Below are positions 1 through 10,078 of a stretch of DNA of 64,000 nucleotides, in pieces. Below the pieces are notes generated by a model. That model saw only the letters and a list, made by a program, of their open reading frames with translations. It was not told the origin of the DNA and did not search any database. Position numbers and translations under genes: made by a program. The first letter of the stretch is position 1. Every line of letters starts with the position of its first letter. The DNA lies in contig CATLBQ010000001.1 in the NCBI GenBank assembly GCA_949879765.1, positions 95,742 to 159,741 of the forward strand. Direction: 5' to 3'. The DNA comes from an uncultured Bacilli bacterium (GTDB lineage Bacteria > Bacillota_I > Bacilli_A > ML615J-28 > CAG-313).

Positions 1-558
1 TTCATCAATTTTTCTAAGTACTTTGCAAGGATTGCCAACTGCAATAACATGACTTGGTATATCTTTAGTGACAATACTTCCAGCGCCAATGACACTATGA
101 TCACCAATAGTAATACCAGGTAGTACAATTGTTCCTGCTCCAAGCCAACAATTTTTTCCAATATGAATAGGGGCATTATATTGATACCCTTTTTCGCGTA
201 GTTCGGGCAAAATAGGGTGAGCAGCTGTTGCTAGGACAACATTAGGACCAAACATTGTATAATCACCAACATAGATATAGGTATCATCTACTAGTGTTAA
301 ATTAAAGTTTGCATAAACTTTTTTACCAAAATGAACATGATGACCACCAAAATTTGCATGAAATGGCGTTTCAATATAGCAACCTTCACCGATTTCAGCA
401 AACATTGTTTTGAGCATTTCCTCTTTTTGTTTGAGTTGACTGGGTTTGAGCTGATTATATTCATATAACAAATCCAAATAACGGAGTTGTTCTTGCAAAA
501 TTGCACTATCCATAGGTAGATACAATTCTGTATTGTGCATTTTTTGTTGGACTGACAT
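1..558 (-). CDS. Sugar O-acetyltransferase, hexapeptide-repeat (maltose/galactoside O-acetyltransferase family); 3' end lies beyond the window
   Basis: The reverse translation starts at the complement of the ATG at 556-558 (MSVQQKMH...) and ends in a left-handed beta-helix hexapeptide region (...GAGSIVTKDIPSHVIAVGNPCKVLRKIDE), which is typical of Maa/LacA-type acetyltransferases. The ORF runs off the window start. Confidence 0.75.
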   Translation of the reverse strand, partial: MSVQQKMHNTELYLPMDSAILQEQLRYLDLLYEYNQLKPSQLKQKEEMLKTMFAEIGEGCYIETPFHANFGGHHVHFGKKVYANFNLTLVDDTYIYVGDYTMFGPNVVLATAAHPILPELREKGYQYNAPIHIGKNCWLGAGTIVLPGITIGDHSVIGAGSIVTKDIPSHVIAVGNPCKVLRKIDE

Positions 559-579
559 AAAGGTTCTCCGCTTCGATTT

Positions 580-1569
580 CTATCCTAATAATTGCGGAGC
601 AAAAATCAAGATGGTATTTAAAATGAGAGCAATCAAGTTATTGGTAAAATGAATCAAAATACAAGGGACAAGATTGCGTTTGGTCTTATAATATACGAAA
701 GAAAGGGCAATGGCTTGAGCGAGATAACTAAAAATACAGATAAATTCTAAGTGAAAGTCAAGCCAAGTCGCATCATGCATAATAATATTCAATAAGATTT
801 GTGCACAAGCAGGGAAAACATGGATTCCCGCAAACAGAATAGAGGATATAATAACTGGTAAAAAAGTATCTTTTTTGAATAAGCCAAATAAAGCTTTTCT
901 AAAAATCAATTCTTCTAGGACTGGTGCAATCAAAACAGTGACAATAGCGATGATAGCGTAATTGAGACCCCCACTAGCCATCAGCGTATTGATGGCTTCT
1001 TGATTTTCAGAATTACCAGGTGCCTCTAATCCAATGCTAAATATATTGGTGATGATATTGGCTATAATCGCTGCGCCATACATCATAGCAAATCCAATGC
1101 CCCACCATTTGAGATAAAATTTGGCATTTCCAGAAAAGCGCTTCATATCCTTTATCAATTTGAAGCCAATCAGAGGGAAGACAACTGCACAAGCCCCAAC
1201 ATAGGTTAAAAAGTTTGTCCAAGTGAGGGTTGTGTTGTAATAATCTAAATATTCTTTTGACCCTTCTATCATATTGTCTATAGAGTAACCCTTGATGATG
1301 AGTACCACGAAAGAAATAATCACCGATAGAATACTAGCAACAATATAAAAAAAGGCGAAATAAGCAACCAGAGTGATAATATATTTGGAACGAGATGCTT
1401 GATCTTCTATATAAATGGGTTCAGCACTACATAGTCCCTGAGCTATCATATTGTCCTTTTTCTTTCGATAGCGGATGCCTAAAAACACGCCAAGAAAAGT
1501 GCCAATCATGATACACAATGTGACGAGTATCATTTGTATTAATAAAATAGTATTGGAATTTAAATTCAT
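580..1569 (-). CDS. CPBP family intramembrane glutamic endopeptidase (CAAX protease/Abi family), polytopic membrane protein
   Basis: 329 aa, with many TM segments. It has the three CPBP motifs: EExxxR (LEELIFRKALFG), FxxxH (LFAGIHVF) and HxxxN (IHFTNN). There is an AGGAGA RBS upstream of the start at 1569. Confidence 0.7.
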   Translation of the reverse strand: MNLNSNTILLIQMILVTLCIMIGTFLGVFLGIRYRKKKDNMIAQGLCSAEPIYIEDQASRSKYIITLVAYFAFFYIVASILSVIISFVVLIIKGYSIDNMIEGSKEYLDYYNTTLTWTNFLTYVGACAVVFPLIGFKLIKDMKRFSGNAKFYLKWWGIGFAMMYGAAIIANIITNIFSIGLEAPGNSENQEAINTLMASGGLNYAIIAIVTVLIAPVLEELIFRKALFGLFKKDTFLPVIISSILFAGIHVFPACAQILLNIIMHDATWLDFHLEFICIFSYLAQAIALSFVYYKTKRNLVPCILIHFTNNLIALILNTILIFAPQLLG

Positions 1570-1675
1570 AAGATATCTTTCTCCTTTAAAATTAGTATAT
1601 CACAAATCCAATAAAAAATAAAGCAAATTAGCATAATTTGGACAAAAAAACATACAATGAAATGCGAGGTGGAAT

Positions 1676-2524
1676 ATGAAAAAGAAAATTATAATTGGAA
1701 TTTTTATTTTAATTGTATTGGTTACATTAATAGCCATTCCCAAAACAACGTATCAAAAATGGTTTGGAAAAACGCCAAGTGATGTGGGAAAAGAGAAAAC
1801 AGAATATCAACGTATCTTTTTAGTCAATGGAAAAAATAAGTTAGTGGGTGTAAAAGTATATGTTGATCAAATTGAGGAAAATCAAATTTTACAAAAGTGG
1901 AATTTATTAACTAAAAATGTAAGTGTTTTGCCAGAAGGGTATTCATCTTCAATCACACCTTCTACAGCACTTGAAAAATATGAATTAGATGGACATACGT
2001 TGGTCATGCATGTGTCAGAAGATATCCTAAGATCTGCGGGGAAATTAGCTGTGGATGCCCTAGCATGGACATTTTGTGATGATGAGATTGATAAAATTGT
2101 GTTGATGTTAGACGGAAAACCAGTTACAACCATTAATGATTATAGTTTCACGAAAATCAGTAAAGCAACAGGAACCAATTATGTATATGAGACTTCTTAC
2201 TTATTAGAGTCAGATTATACAACGGTCATTTATCAAGAAAATGATACCATTTTCCCAGTTACCTATTTTTATCAGTCAAAAAATGAATGTGAATATGTCA
2301 TTCAAAAAATTTTAGCCAAATCGAATCTAGAGACATTAGCATTTACTTATGAACAAACCGAGACTGCCATTCAAATATCGTTTACAGACTTAACCAATCT
2401 AGACACAACGTTAAAAGAAACAATTGAACAGACCATTGGCTTCAATTTCAAGGTAGATACGTTGACCATTAATGGAAAAGATACAACCCTTTATGAAAAA
2501 ACATTTGCTGAGGTAAAGAACTAG
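1676..2524 (+). CDS. Hypothetical membrane-anchored or secreted protein (N-terminal TM/signal anchor)
   Basis: 282-aa ORF with a hydrophobic N-terminus (IIIGIFILIVLVTLIAI) and an AGGTGG-like RBS (gcgaggtggaatATG). I recognise no catalytic motif. Confidence 0.4.
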   Translation: MKKKIIIGIFILIVLVTLIAIPKTTYQKWFGKTPSDVGKEKTEYQRIFLVNGKNKLVGVKVYVDQIEENQILQKWNLLTKNVSVLPEGYSSSITPSTALEKYELDGHTLVMHVSEDILRSAGKLAVDALAWTFCDDEIDKIVLMLDGKPVTTINDYSFTKISKATGTNYVYETSYLLESDYTTVIYQENDTIFPVTYFYQSKNECEYVIQKILAKSNLETLAFTYEQTETAIQISFTDLTNLDTTLKETIEQTIGFNFKVDTLTINGKDTTLYEKTFAEVKN

Positions 2525-2587
2525 CAAATGTTCTTTTTGCTTTTCTTTTTTTCCTTTTTATTATATGATATAGACACAAAGAGGTGA

Positions 2588-3184
2588 ATGATGAAAGTAT
2601 TATTAGCAACTAAAAATAAGCACAAGGTCAAAGAATTAACACATATTTTTGAAAATAGTCAATTGGAGATTGTATTACTGAATTTAACTGATTTTCCAGA
2701 AATAGAAGAACCAGTAGAAGATGGGCATACATTTATCGAAAATGCCATCATTAAGGCCAAATACTATTATGCTCACTTTGGCATACCCGTTATCAGTGAT
2801 GATTCGGGGATTGTAGTTGATGCCTTAGATGGTGCACCAGGCATTTATAGTGCGAGGTATGCTTCAGTGAATCAAGCAAATGCGAGTAGTGCAGATAACA
2901 GGAAGAAATTGCTAGCGGAAATGGAAGGGATTACACAAAGAAACGCTCATTTCGAATGTGCAATGGTATATTATGATGGAACAACGTGTTTCACATCAAC
3001 TGGAAAAACCGAAGGGTTGATTTTAGAAAAAGAGGTAGGTCATAATGGATTTGGATATGATACGCTATTTTATGCATCTGAATATGAAAAACCTATGGGG
3101 CTACTCAGTGAAGATGAAAAAAATCAGATCAGCCATCGTGGGAAAGCAAGTAGAGCGTTGATTCAACAATTAATGATGAAATAA
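2588..3184 (+). CDS. rdgB: Non-canonical purine NTP pyrophosphatase (dITP/XTP pyrophosphatase, RdgB/HAM1 family)
   Basis: 198 aa. The N-terminal LLATKNKHKVKE matches the Ham1 lysine motif. The FGYD and SHRG motifs sit near the C-terminus. Confidence 0.8.
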   Translation: MMKVLLATKNKHKVKELTHIFENSQLEIVLLNLTDFPEIEEPVEDGHTFIENAIIKAKYYYAHFGIPVISDDSGIVVDALDGAPGIYSARYASVNQANASSADNRKKLLAEMEGITQRNAHFECAMVYYDGTTCFTSTGKTEGLILEKEVGHNGFGYDTLFYASEYEKPMGLLSEDEKNQISHRGKASRALIQQLMMK

Positions 3185-3207
3185 AGAAAAAAAACTTACC
3201 ACTTTAT

Positions 3208-3236
3208 TTTACAAAAAAACAAAAATATTGTATAAT
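3208..3236 (+). promoter_or_regulatory. Sigma-A type promoter upstream of rpsU (TTTACA, 17 nt spacer, TATAAT)
   Basis: TTTACA at 3208-3213, a 17-nt spacer, and TATAAT at 3231-3236 with TG immediately upstream. Confidence 0.5.
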
Positions 3237-3271
3237 ATTCATGAATTAGGGTTGAAAGGGGTGACTAAAAG

Positions 3272-3454
3272 ATGCCAAAGACAGTTGTAAGAGAAAACGA
3301 CACATTAGATGAAGCTTTAAAGAGATTCAAGAGAGATGTTTCTAGATCTGGAACCCTTGTTGAAGCCCGCAAACGTCAACATTACATGAAACCTAGCGAC
3401 ATTCGTAAGGAAAAAAGAAGAGCTGCTAGAAAAAATGGCGGTCGTTCTCATTAA
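3272..3454 (+). CDS. rpsU: 30S ribosomal protein S21
   Basis: 60 aa: [54 protein letters not shown], a canonical S21 sequence. Confidence 0.95.
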   Translation: MPKTVVRENDTLDEALKRFKRDVSRSGTLVEARKRQHYMKPSDIRKEKRRAARKNGGRSH

Positions 3455-3533
3455 TGTTAGATGCTACCAAACCATCGCTTGGTAGTTTTTATTTTAAATT
3501 GGATAAAAATTGAAGGAAAGGAACAAATAAAAT

Positions 3534-3950
3534 ATGAAATTTTGTGAACAATGTGGAGCAAAAATCGATGATCAAGATACAGTTTGTGCTTATTGTGGTC
3601 ATCAATTGAGCCCAAAAGTACAAAACACCCAAGAAACGCAATACCAAACTGTAGAACAAACGGATTTAACACACACTTCAGCATCTTCAATGAAGCCAAT
3701 GCAAACTTCTGATGTAGCAAGTAAAGCAGCCAATACTGGTTTTATTTTAGGATTAGTTAGTATTGTCGCATGGTTTTTACCAATTGTAGGATATCCTGTT
3801 ACCATTTGTGGAATCGTGTATTCTGTAAAAGGTCTAAAGGCTAATCCAAATGGTAAGGCAATCGCTGGTTTGATTTTATCCATTATCTTTTTAATTGTGA
3901 CATTGGTCAATAGTTTTTTAGGTATAATTCTTGAATTACAAAATCTATAA
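3534..3950 (+). CDS. Zinc-ribbon domain membrane protein (N-terminal CxxC...CxxC ribbon, C-terminal two-TM DUF4190-like region)
   Basis: 138 aa. The N-terminus reads MKFCEQCGAKIDDQDTVCAYCGH, and the C-terminal half is hydrophobic. Confidence 0.6.
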   Translation: MKFCEQCGAKIDDQDTVCAYCGHQLSPKVQNTQETQYQTVEQTDLTHTSASSMKPMQTSDVASKAANTGFILGLVSIVAWFLPIVGYPVTICGIVYSVKGLKANPNGKAIAGLILSIIFLIVTLVNSFLGIILELQNL

Positions 3951-3975
3951 ACAATTCATGATGAATAGTAGAAAA

Positions 3976-3997
3976 AGTGGGCAGTCCCACTTTTTTT
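3976..3997 (+). terminator. Rho-independent terminator after the zinc-ribbon gene
   Basis: Stem AGTGGG / CCCACT with loop cagt, followed by a T7 run. Confidence 0.7.
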
Positions 3998-4041
3998 GTT
4001 CTTTTTTTTGTGCGCCTCCATATAATAGTAGTGGTGTTAGA

Positions 4042-4290
4042 ATGAATTTTGCAAAACAACTATTAGGTAATCAAAAAATATCCGTTTTTTTAGATAAAAA
4101 TGGGATTTGCCATCAAGCTAGTCTTTATAATGTAAAAGAACTGAAATTGTGTCAATCCAATCAGATTGAGATTGATCATTTTATCATTAGGGGACAAGAT
4201 TTGATGATTACTAGAATGGAGGATTATGAAATTACAATTGAAGGAAAAATTGAAAAAATGGAGTTTACCCAAGCCGAAACAAAAATCTAG
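4042..4290 (+). CDS. yqfC: Sporulation protein YqfC-like small protein
   Basis: 83-aa ORF from the internal ATG at 4042 (the longer supplied ORF would overlap the upstream terminator). It lies immediately upstream of and overlaps the YqfD-like gene, as in the Bacillus yqfC-yqfD pair. Confidence 0.4.
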   Translation: MNFAKQLLGNQKISVFLDKNGICHQASLYNVKELKLCQSNQIEIDHFIIRGQDLMITRMEDYEITIEGKIEKMEFTQAETKI

Positions 4291-5413
4291 ACAACGCTAT
4301 TTGGTAAAAACCCATTCCCAATATGTCGGTTTACTGAATGGGCTATCCATATATCACTTACAGGCTAATGATGAAACCATATCCTTTTTGTGCAATCAAA
4401 AATCACTAGAGGCACTTCAAAAATACGAGATTCCCTTATCTATTGTCGATCGAAAAAAGAAATTTATTTCGTCCTTTTTTTTGCGAAAAAAAATAGTATG
4501 GATAGGGCTTTTTTTTCTACTAGGCATTTTTTTGCTCAATCAAGTGTTTATTCGTGAAATTGATTTTGCAAATTCAAATCAAGACCCCAATGTATATTGG
4601 TCGGTTAAAAAATATACCAAACGTATTGGTCCTTACTTGTATTTGACCAAAAGCGTAAATGAAGTATCACAAGAATTGAGGACAATATATTACCAGTATG
4701 CCTATGTTGGCATTCAAAAACGGGGTGCAAAATTATGGATTGATATTGAACATCAAGATGTAAGCGCCGAAGAAGAAAATAAACAGCCCCTCTATGGTGA
4801 ATACATTGCAAAATACGATGCGTTCATTACATCCATTGATTTAAAAGCGGGTGTACCGATTGCTGAAATTGGAGAGGTGGTACGCAAGGGAAGTTTACTG
4901 GCAACTAGCAATACTCAGTATAAAGATGCCCTGTATAATAAAGATAAATTTGTGCCTTTAGTAGGAGAAGTGTATGGTGAAGTGCATACGTATGAAACGT
5001 ATACCGTGCTTAAAAAAGAGGAAACATTGGTATATACAGGAGAGGAAAAAAAGACGTATGCTTTTCAATTTTTCAATCATTTGTTTGCGCGAGATGAAAA
5101 ATATTATCCATATGAACATAAAAAATCTTATGAACGCTTCTCATTATTTCAAAAAATTAAACTGATGGAATGCATTACCTACGAAAAAAAGCGGGTAGAG
5201 ATAGAGCGTAATGAGGCTGAGGCGAAGAAGATATCAGAACTTAACATATATCAAAATTTTGAAAAAGAACGAACAAATCAAAAGGAAAAAATCGTTTCTA
5301 TACAACTCTTACATAACGAAGAATCAGAAACAGATTATACATTTGTATACTTGGTTACTGCCTATAGAAATATTGCAGAATTTCGTACGTTTGGACTTGC
5401 TGAAGAACATTAA
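4226..5413 (+). CDS. yqfD: Sporulation protein YqfD-like (single-pass membrane protein)
   Basis: 395 aa. The N-terminal region, a central TM (IVWIGLFFLLGIFLL) and a long C-terminal domain fit the YqfD family. The position between rpsU and glyQS/dnaG parallels the Bacillus yqf region. Confidence 0.45.
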   Translation: MKLQLKEKLKKWSLPKPKQKSRQRYLVKTHSQYVGLLNGLSIYHLQANDETISFLCNQKSLEALQKYEIPLSIVDRKKKFISSFFLRKKIVWIGLFFLLGIFLLNQVFIREIDFANSNQDPNVYWSVKKYTKRIGPYLYLTKSVNEVSQELRTIYYQYAYVGIQKRGAKLWIDIEHQDVSAEEENKQPLYGEYIAKYDAFITSIDLKAGVPIAEIGEVVRKGSLLATSNTQYKDALYNKDKFVPLVGEVYGEVHTYETYTVLKKEETLVYTGEEKKTYAFQFFNHLFARDEKYYPYEHKKSYERFSLFQKIKLMECITYEKKRVEIERNEAEAKKISELNIYQNFEKERTNQKEKIVSIQLLHNEESETDYTFVYLVTAYRNIAEFRTFGLAEEH

Positions 5414-5466
5414 ATCTTTAGCAAGTTCTTTTTTATGAAAAAAATTTGAAAATAAATTGATAAACG

Positions 5467-5495
5467 TTGACATTTTACGAAAAATCGGGTATAAT
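5467..5495 (+). promoter_or_regulatory. Sigma-A promoter of the glyQS-dnaG-rpoD operon (TTGACA, 17 nt spacer, TATAAT)
   Basis: Perfect TTGACA at 5467-5472 and TATAAT at 5490-5495. The leader to the start codon is only about 55 nt. Confidence 0.65.
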
Positions 5496-5548
5496 ATATA
5501 AGTAAAATGGGTTAAAATCGAATGAAATACGGAAGAAGGTAAAAAAGT

Positions 5549-6916
5549 ATGGAAATAACAATGGAAAAATTTGTTGCATATCTCAAACAACTCGGTTTTG
5601 TCTATCAAGGAAGTGAAATATATGGTGGACTAGCCAATACATGGGATTATGGTCCATTAGGTGTAGAATTAAAAAATAATTTGAAAAAGTTATGGTGGAA
5701 GGCATTTGTTCAAACTTCACCTACTAATGTTGGGATTGATTCTGCCATTTTAATGAATCCTCAAACTTGGGTGGCAACAGGACATGTTGGTGGATTTAGT
5801 GATCCTTTGATTGATTGTAAGCATTGTCATACAAGACATCGTGCTGATAAGTTGATTGAAGATTTCACCAAAGGAGAAATAACTGGTGATGGTTGGTCAA
5901 ACGAGCAATTGTATCAATATGTAGTGGACAATCATATTGCTTGCCCTTCATGTGGAAAAAGTGAGTTTACGGAAATTCGTCAATTCAATTTGATGTTCCA
6001 AACACACCAAGGTGTATTAGAAGATGCTAAAACGGTAGTATATTTACGGCCTGAAACTGCTCAAGGCATATTTTTGAATTTTAAAAATGTAGCAAGAACA
6101 TCGAGAAAGAAAGTGCCTTTTGGCATCGGACAAATTGGGAAGAGTTTCCGCAATGAAATTACACCAGGTAACTTCATTTTTAGAACAAGAGAATTTGAAC
6201 AAATGGAGTTGGAATTTTTCTGCAAACCAGATACGGATTTAGAGTGGTTTGATTATTGGAAACAATTTTGTCTTGACTTTTTGACAAATATTGGAATTCG
6301 TAAAGAATTGATTCGTACAAGAGATCATGCCAAAGAAGAACTAAGTTTTTATTCTAAGGCAACCACCGATATAGAATTTCAATTTTTCTTTGGTTGGGGA
6401 GAATTGTGGGGTATTGCGGATAGAACGGATTATGACTTAAGTGTTCACCAAAACCATTCAGGAGAGAACCTCATGTATTTGGATCCTGAAACGGGTGAAA
6501 AATATTTGCCATATGTAGTGGAACCAAGTTTAGGCGTAGAGCGTTTATTACTTGCTATATTGACGAGTGCATATGAAGAACAGATACTATCCGATGGCGA
6601 AACACGCGAAATTTTACATTTTGATCCTCGTGTTGCTCCAGTTAAAGTGGCAGTTTTACCTCTTGTCAATAAGTTAAGTGAACAAGCTACTGCGTTGTAT
6701 CAACAACTGAGTCAATATTTTGTGTGTGAATATGATGCAAGTGGGAAAATTGGTAAGCGATATAGACGTCAAGATGCCATTGGTACACCATATTGCATTA
6801 CCATTGACTTTGACACATTAGAAAATCAAACCGTGACTGTACGAGACCGAGATACGATGGAACAAACCCGTCTTCATATGGATGAATTATTGAATTTCTT
6901 TAGAGATAAATTTTAA
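5549..6916 (+). CDS. glyQS: Glycine--tRNA ligase (dimeric class II type)
   Basis: 455 aa with [30 protein letters not shown] near the N-terminus, then class II motifs and an anticodon-binding C-terminus. Confidence 0.9.
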   Translation: MEITMEKFVAYLKQLGFVYQGSEIYGGLANTWDYGPLGVELKNNLKKLWWKAFVQTSPTNVGIDSAILMNPQTWVATGHVGGFSDPLIDCKHCHTRHRADKLIEDFTKGEITGDGWSNEQLYQYVVDNHIACPSCGKSEFTEIRQFNLMFQTHQGVLEDAKTVVYLRPETAQGIFLNFKNVARTSRKKVPFGIGQIGKSFRNEITPGNFIFRTREFEQMELEFFCKPDTDLEWFDYWKQFCLDFLTNIGIRKELIRTRDHAKEELSFYSKATTDIEFQFFFGWGELWGIADRTDYDLSVHQNHSGENLMYLDPETGEKYLPYVVEPSLGVERLLLAILTSAYEEQILSDGETREILHFDPRVAPVKVAVLPLVNKLSEQATALYQQLSQYFVCEYDASGKIGKRYRRQDAIGTPYCITIDFDTLENQTVTVRDRDTMEQTRLHMDELLNFFRDKF

Positions 6917-6949
6917 AATAGATTTTTGAAAATCAGAAAGGGGTAGACT

Positions 6950-8761
6950 GTGATACCACAACATATCAAAAAACAGATTATCGATCAAACGAATATTGTT
7001 GAAGTTGTGGGTGAAGTCGTATCACTTGCAAAAAAGGGAAGCAGTTATTTTGGCCTATGTCCCTTTCATGATGATAAACATCCTTCAATGAGTGTAAATA
7101 ATGAAAAGAAGATGTTCAATTGCTTTAGTTGTAATACCAAAGGAAATGTTATTTTCTTCTTTTCAAAGTTTCATCATTTGACTGAGGATCAAGCGACCAT
7201 TCAACTTGCCAAACGATTGGGGATTGAAATATCGGAGCAAACAAGTAAAGAAGCCCTTCAACAAGAGCGTCTCTTTAAAACAATGAAAGAGGCAAGTAAT
7301 TTTTATCATTTTTATTTAAACAATAGTCAAGAAGGCTTGATAGCAAAACAATATTTGCGTGAACGAGGCATTGATGATCACTTGATTGAAACATTACAAA
7401 TTGGTCTTGCTAGTAGTGAAAGAGATTATTTGTATCAAGCATTAAAGGGGAAAAATTGTTCAGAATTAGATCAAGTCGAACTTGGACTGATTAAATTAGA
7501 CGATAAAAGTCAAGCATATGATGTATTTCGCCAACGGATTATGTTTCCAGTAACCAATCCAAGCGGTCAGGTTGCGGGTTTTAGTGGCCGAATCTATCAA
7601 GCATCAGATCAGGCCAAATATATTAATTCGGCTGATAATGCTATTTTTCATAAGGGACAAATTTTGTATCACTTTTATGAGGCATTATCGGAGATTCGCA
7701 AGCAAGATAAAGTCATGCTGCTGGAAGGATTTATGGATGTAATTGCTTGTATGAAAGCAGGCATAGGATATGGGGTTGCCACTATGGGTACGGCCCTAAC
7801 GAAAGAGCATATTCAATTGTTGCTTGGTGTGACGAAAAATATTGTATTATGCTTTGACGGAGATGATGCGGGCATTCATGCTATGAAACGCTCAGCTGGT
7901 TTATTAGCACGTTTTGGAATTTTACCGAAAGCTGTTGTTTTGCCCAATCATTTGGATCCAGATGAATATGCCAAAAAGCATGGTGGCGACGCTTTATGTA
8001 ATTATATTAGACAACATGAGAAAAGCGTATATGACTGGTTATATGATATAGCGATTCAGCATACTGTATTCAATGATTTAGAAAGTATGGAAAAGCTCAA
8101 GAAAAATGTATTTGAATTTTTGCGTTTTTCCAAACAAAATACAATTGTTGAACATTTTCTAAAGAAATTATCCACCGATTTAGATGTTTCAGTTGAGACA
8201 TTAAAGCAAGATTTTGGCACATTATCGACTTATGCACCTGAGATTGAGGCAGTAGAAATCCTACCTACAATAGAAAAATCGTTTTCTACCAAACCAATCG
8301 AAATTAAGAAACGGGTATTTCGGGCTTATGATGTTGTGATTCGACATATGATTGAATCTAAGAAAAAGTTTTTGGCTTTTAATGAAAAATTTGAAAATAC
8401 ATTTTATATTGATAATAGGCTTTCAATTTATTTCGATTTCATCAAAAAAATGGGCATATATTTTGCGGAAAACGATGAAATGGATGAAGAAGATTTTATG
8501 ATGCTAGCCACATCGCTAGACACGAGTAGTGAATTGAAATCTTATACAGCGTTTGCTAAACGTATTTTAACGGATACAATGGTAAATGTAAATGATAATA
8601 CTGAATTTGAACAATGTTTGCAAGCCATTGAGGATTGTGTTCATGAATTATCACAGGCGAACCTTTATAATAAAGCAATGGGGTCAAAAAACAATGAAGA
8701 TATTCAAAAGTTTGAGACGATTCGAAAAAGACAAGTAAAAATTGTGTCTGGGGAGGATTAA
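6950..8761 (+). CDS. dnaG: DNA primase
   Basis: 603 aa with a GTG start. It has a CHC2 zinc finger (CPFHDDKHPSMSV...FNCFSCNTKGN) followed by a TOPRIM region (EGFMDVIA). Confidence 0.9.
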   Translation: MIPQHIKKQIIDQTNIVEVVGEVVSLAKKGSSYFGLCPFHDDKHPSMSVNNEKKMFNCFSCNTKGNVIFFFSKFHHLTEDQATIQLAKRLGIEISEQTSKEALQQERLFKTMKEASNFYHFYLNNSQEGLIAKQYLRERGIDDHLIETLQIGLASSERDYLYQALKGKNCSELDQVELGLIKLDDKSQAYDVFRQRIMFPVTNPSGQVAGFSGRIYQASDQAKYINSADNAIFHKGQILYHFYEALSEIRKQDKVMLLEGFMDVIACMKAGIGYGVATMGTALTKEHIQLLLGVTKNIVLCFDGDDAGIHAMKRSAGLLARFGILPKAVVLPNHLDPDEYAKKHGGDALCNYIRQHEKSVYDWLYDIAIQHTVFNDLESMEKLKKNVFEFLRFSKQNTIVEHFLKKLSTDLDVSVETLKQDFGTLSTYAPEIEAVEILPTIEKSFSTKPIEIKKRVFRAYDVVIRHMIESKKKFLAFNEKFENTFYIDNRLSIYFDFIKKMGIYFAENDEMDEEDFMMLATSLDTSSELKSYTAFAKRILTDTMVNVNDNTEFEQCLQAIEDCVHELSQANLYNKAMGSKNNEDIQKFETIRKRQVKIVSGED

Positions 8762-10030
8762 ATGTTAGACGAAATTTTATATAAAGAACAAATTGATCAA
8801 ATCAAAGAGTATGTAAAGAAAAATCAATACATATCACTTATAAAAATTGGGGAAATATTTGAGAACAATCTTACAGATGAATTATTAGATGATTTGGTAG
8901 AGTATTTAGACAATGAAGGTGTAGAAATTACCAAAAATAGTGAAGAAGTCCCAAGCGAAGAGGAATTGTTGACCGAAATCATTGATGATGATTTTGAGGC
9001 TTTTGTAGAAGACCTTGAAACCGATGATGAATTGAATGATTTGGTTACAGCAGTAGATAGTGAAATTAAAGTTTCTGACTTTGAGGATATTGTGACTAGT
9101 GGCTATTCAGCCGATGATCCTGTGAAAATGTATTTACACGATATCGGGCAAATTGATTTATTGACAATCAATCAAGAATCTGAATTTGCAAGAATGTATC
9201 AAGAATCATTGATGTGTCAAGAAAAAATCAATGCTTATAAGAAACAAGGAAAGCAAATTTCAGAAGAAGAAATGGAAGAATTGAATCAAAAAATTGAGGC
9301 AGGAGAAGAAGCTAGAAAGATTCTTATTGAGTCCAATTTGAGATTGGTCGTATCAATTGCTAAAAAATATTTGGGACGTGGATTGCTTTTATTAGATCTC
9401 ATTCAAGAAGGCAATATGGGGTTGATGAAGGCGGTCAATAAATTTGATCCTACCAAGGGATTCAAATTTTCTACTTATGCTACATGGTGGATTCGTCAAG
9501 CCATTACTCGGGCAATTGCGGATAATGCAAGAACAATCCGTATTCCGGTACATATGGTGGAAACCATCAATAAATTGGTTCGTACAACTAGAAGATTGAC
9601 CCAAGAAAAGCGTCGTGAACCTACACCAGAAGAAATTGCGGCAGAAATGAAAATATCTGTTGAAAAAGTTCAAACGATTCAACGGATTGCGCAAGAGCCA
9701 ATTTCATTTGATGCTACGGTAGGTGAAGACGATGATTCTAGTCTAGGCGATTTTATTGATGACAAAGAAACCCTCAATCCACTAGAATATACGCAAAATA
9801 TGATTTATCGTGAAGAAATTGAAAAAGTATTACAGACCCTAACGCCTAGGGAAGAAAAAGTAATTCGGTTAAGATATGGATTAGATGATAATCGACCTAG
9901 AACGCTAGAAGAAGTGGGAAAAGAATTTGGGGTTACACGTGAAAGAATCAGACAAATTGAAGCCAAAGCAATTCGAAGATTACGTCATCCAAGTAGATTG
10001 AAGCGGTTAGAACAACACCGTGTCAAATAA
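8762..10030 (+). CDS. rpoD: RNA polymerase primary sigma factor (sigma-70/SigA)
   Basis: 422 aa with region 2 ([29 protein letters not shown]) and region 4 ([27 protein letters not shown]). The start codon directly follows the dnaG stop, with a GGAGG RBS. Confidence 0.95.
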   Translation: MLDEILYKEQIDQIKEYVKKNQYISLIKIGEIFENNLTDELLDDLVEYLDNEGVEITKNSEEVPSEEELLTEIIDDDFEAFVEDLETDDELNDLVTAVDSEIKVSDFEDIVTSGYSADDPVKMYLHDIGQIDLLTINQESEFARMYQESLMCQEKINAYKKQGKQISEEEMEELNQKIEAGEEARKILIESNLRLVVSIAKKYLGRGLLLLDLIQEGNMGLMKAVNKFDPTKGFKFSTYATWWIRQAITRAIADNARTIRIPVHMVETINKLVRTTRRLTQEKRREPTPEEIAAEMKISVEKVQTIQRIAQEPISFDATVGEDDDSSLGDFIDDKETLNPLEYTQNMIYREEIEKVLQTLTPREEKVIRLRYGLDDNRPRTLEEVGKEFGVTRERIRQIEAKAIRRLRHPSRLKRLEQHRVK

Positions 10031-10078
10031 AATGAAAAAATGTAGGGTCAACCCTATATTTGTGCTATAAGAGGATTT

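Noticed and set aside
3931-4041. N-terminal 37 codons of the supplied 119-aa ORF 3931..4290
   Set aside because: That extension runs through the upstream terminator hairpin (3976-3997). The internal ATG at 4042 gives the more plausible yqfC-like gene.
5414-5548. T-box riboswitch expected upstream of glyQS (and proS)
   Set aside because: The leaders are far too short (about 55 nt and about 25 nt after the -10) and lack specifier or antiterminator elements.
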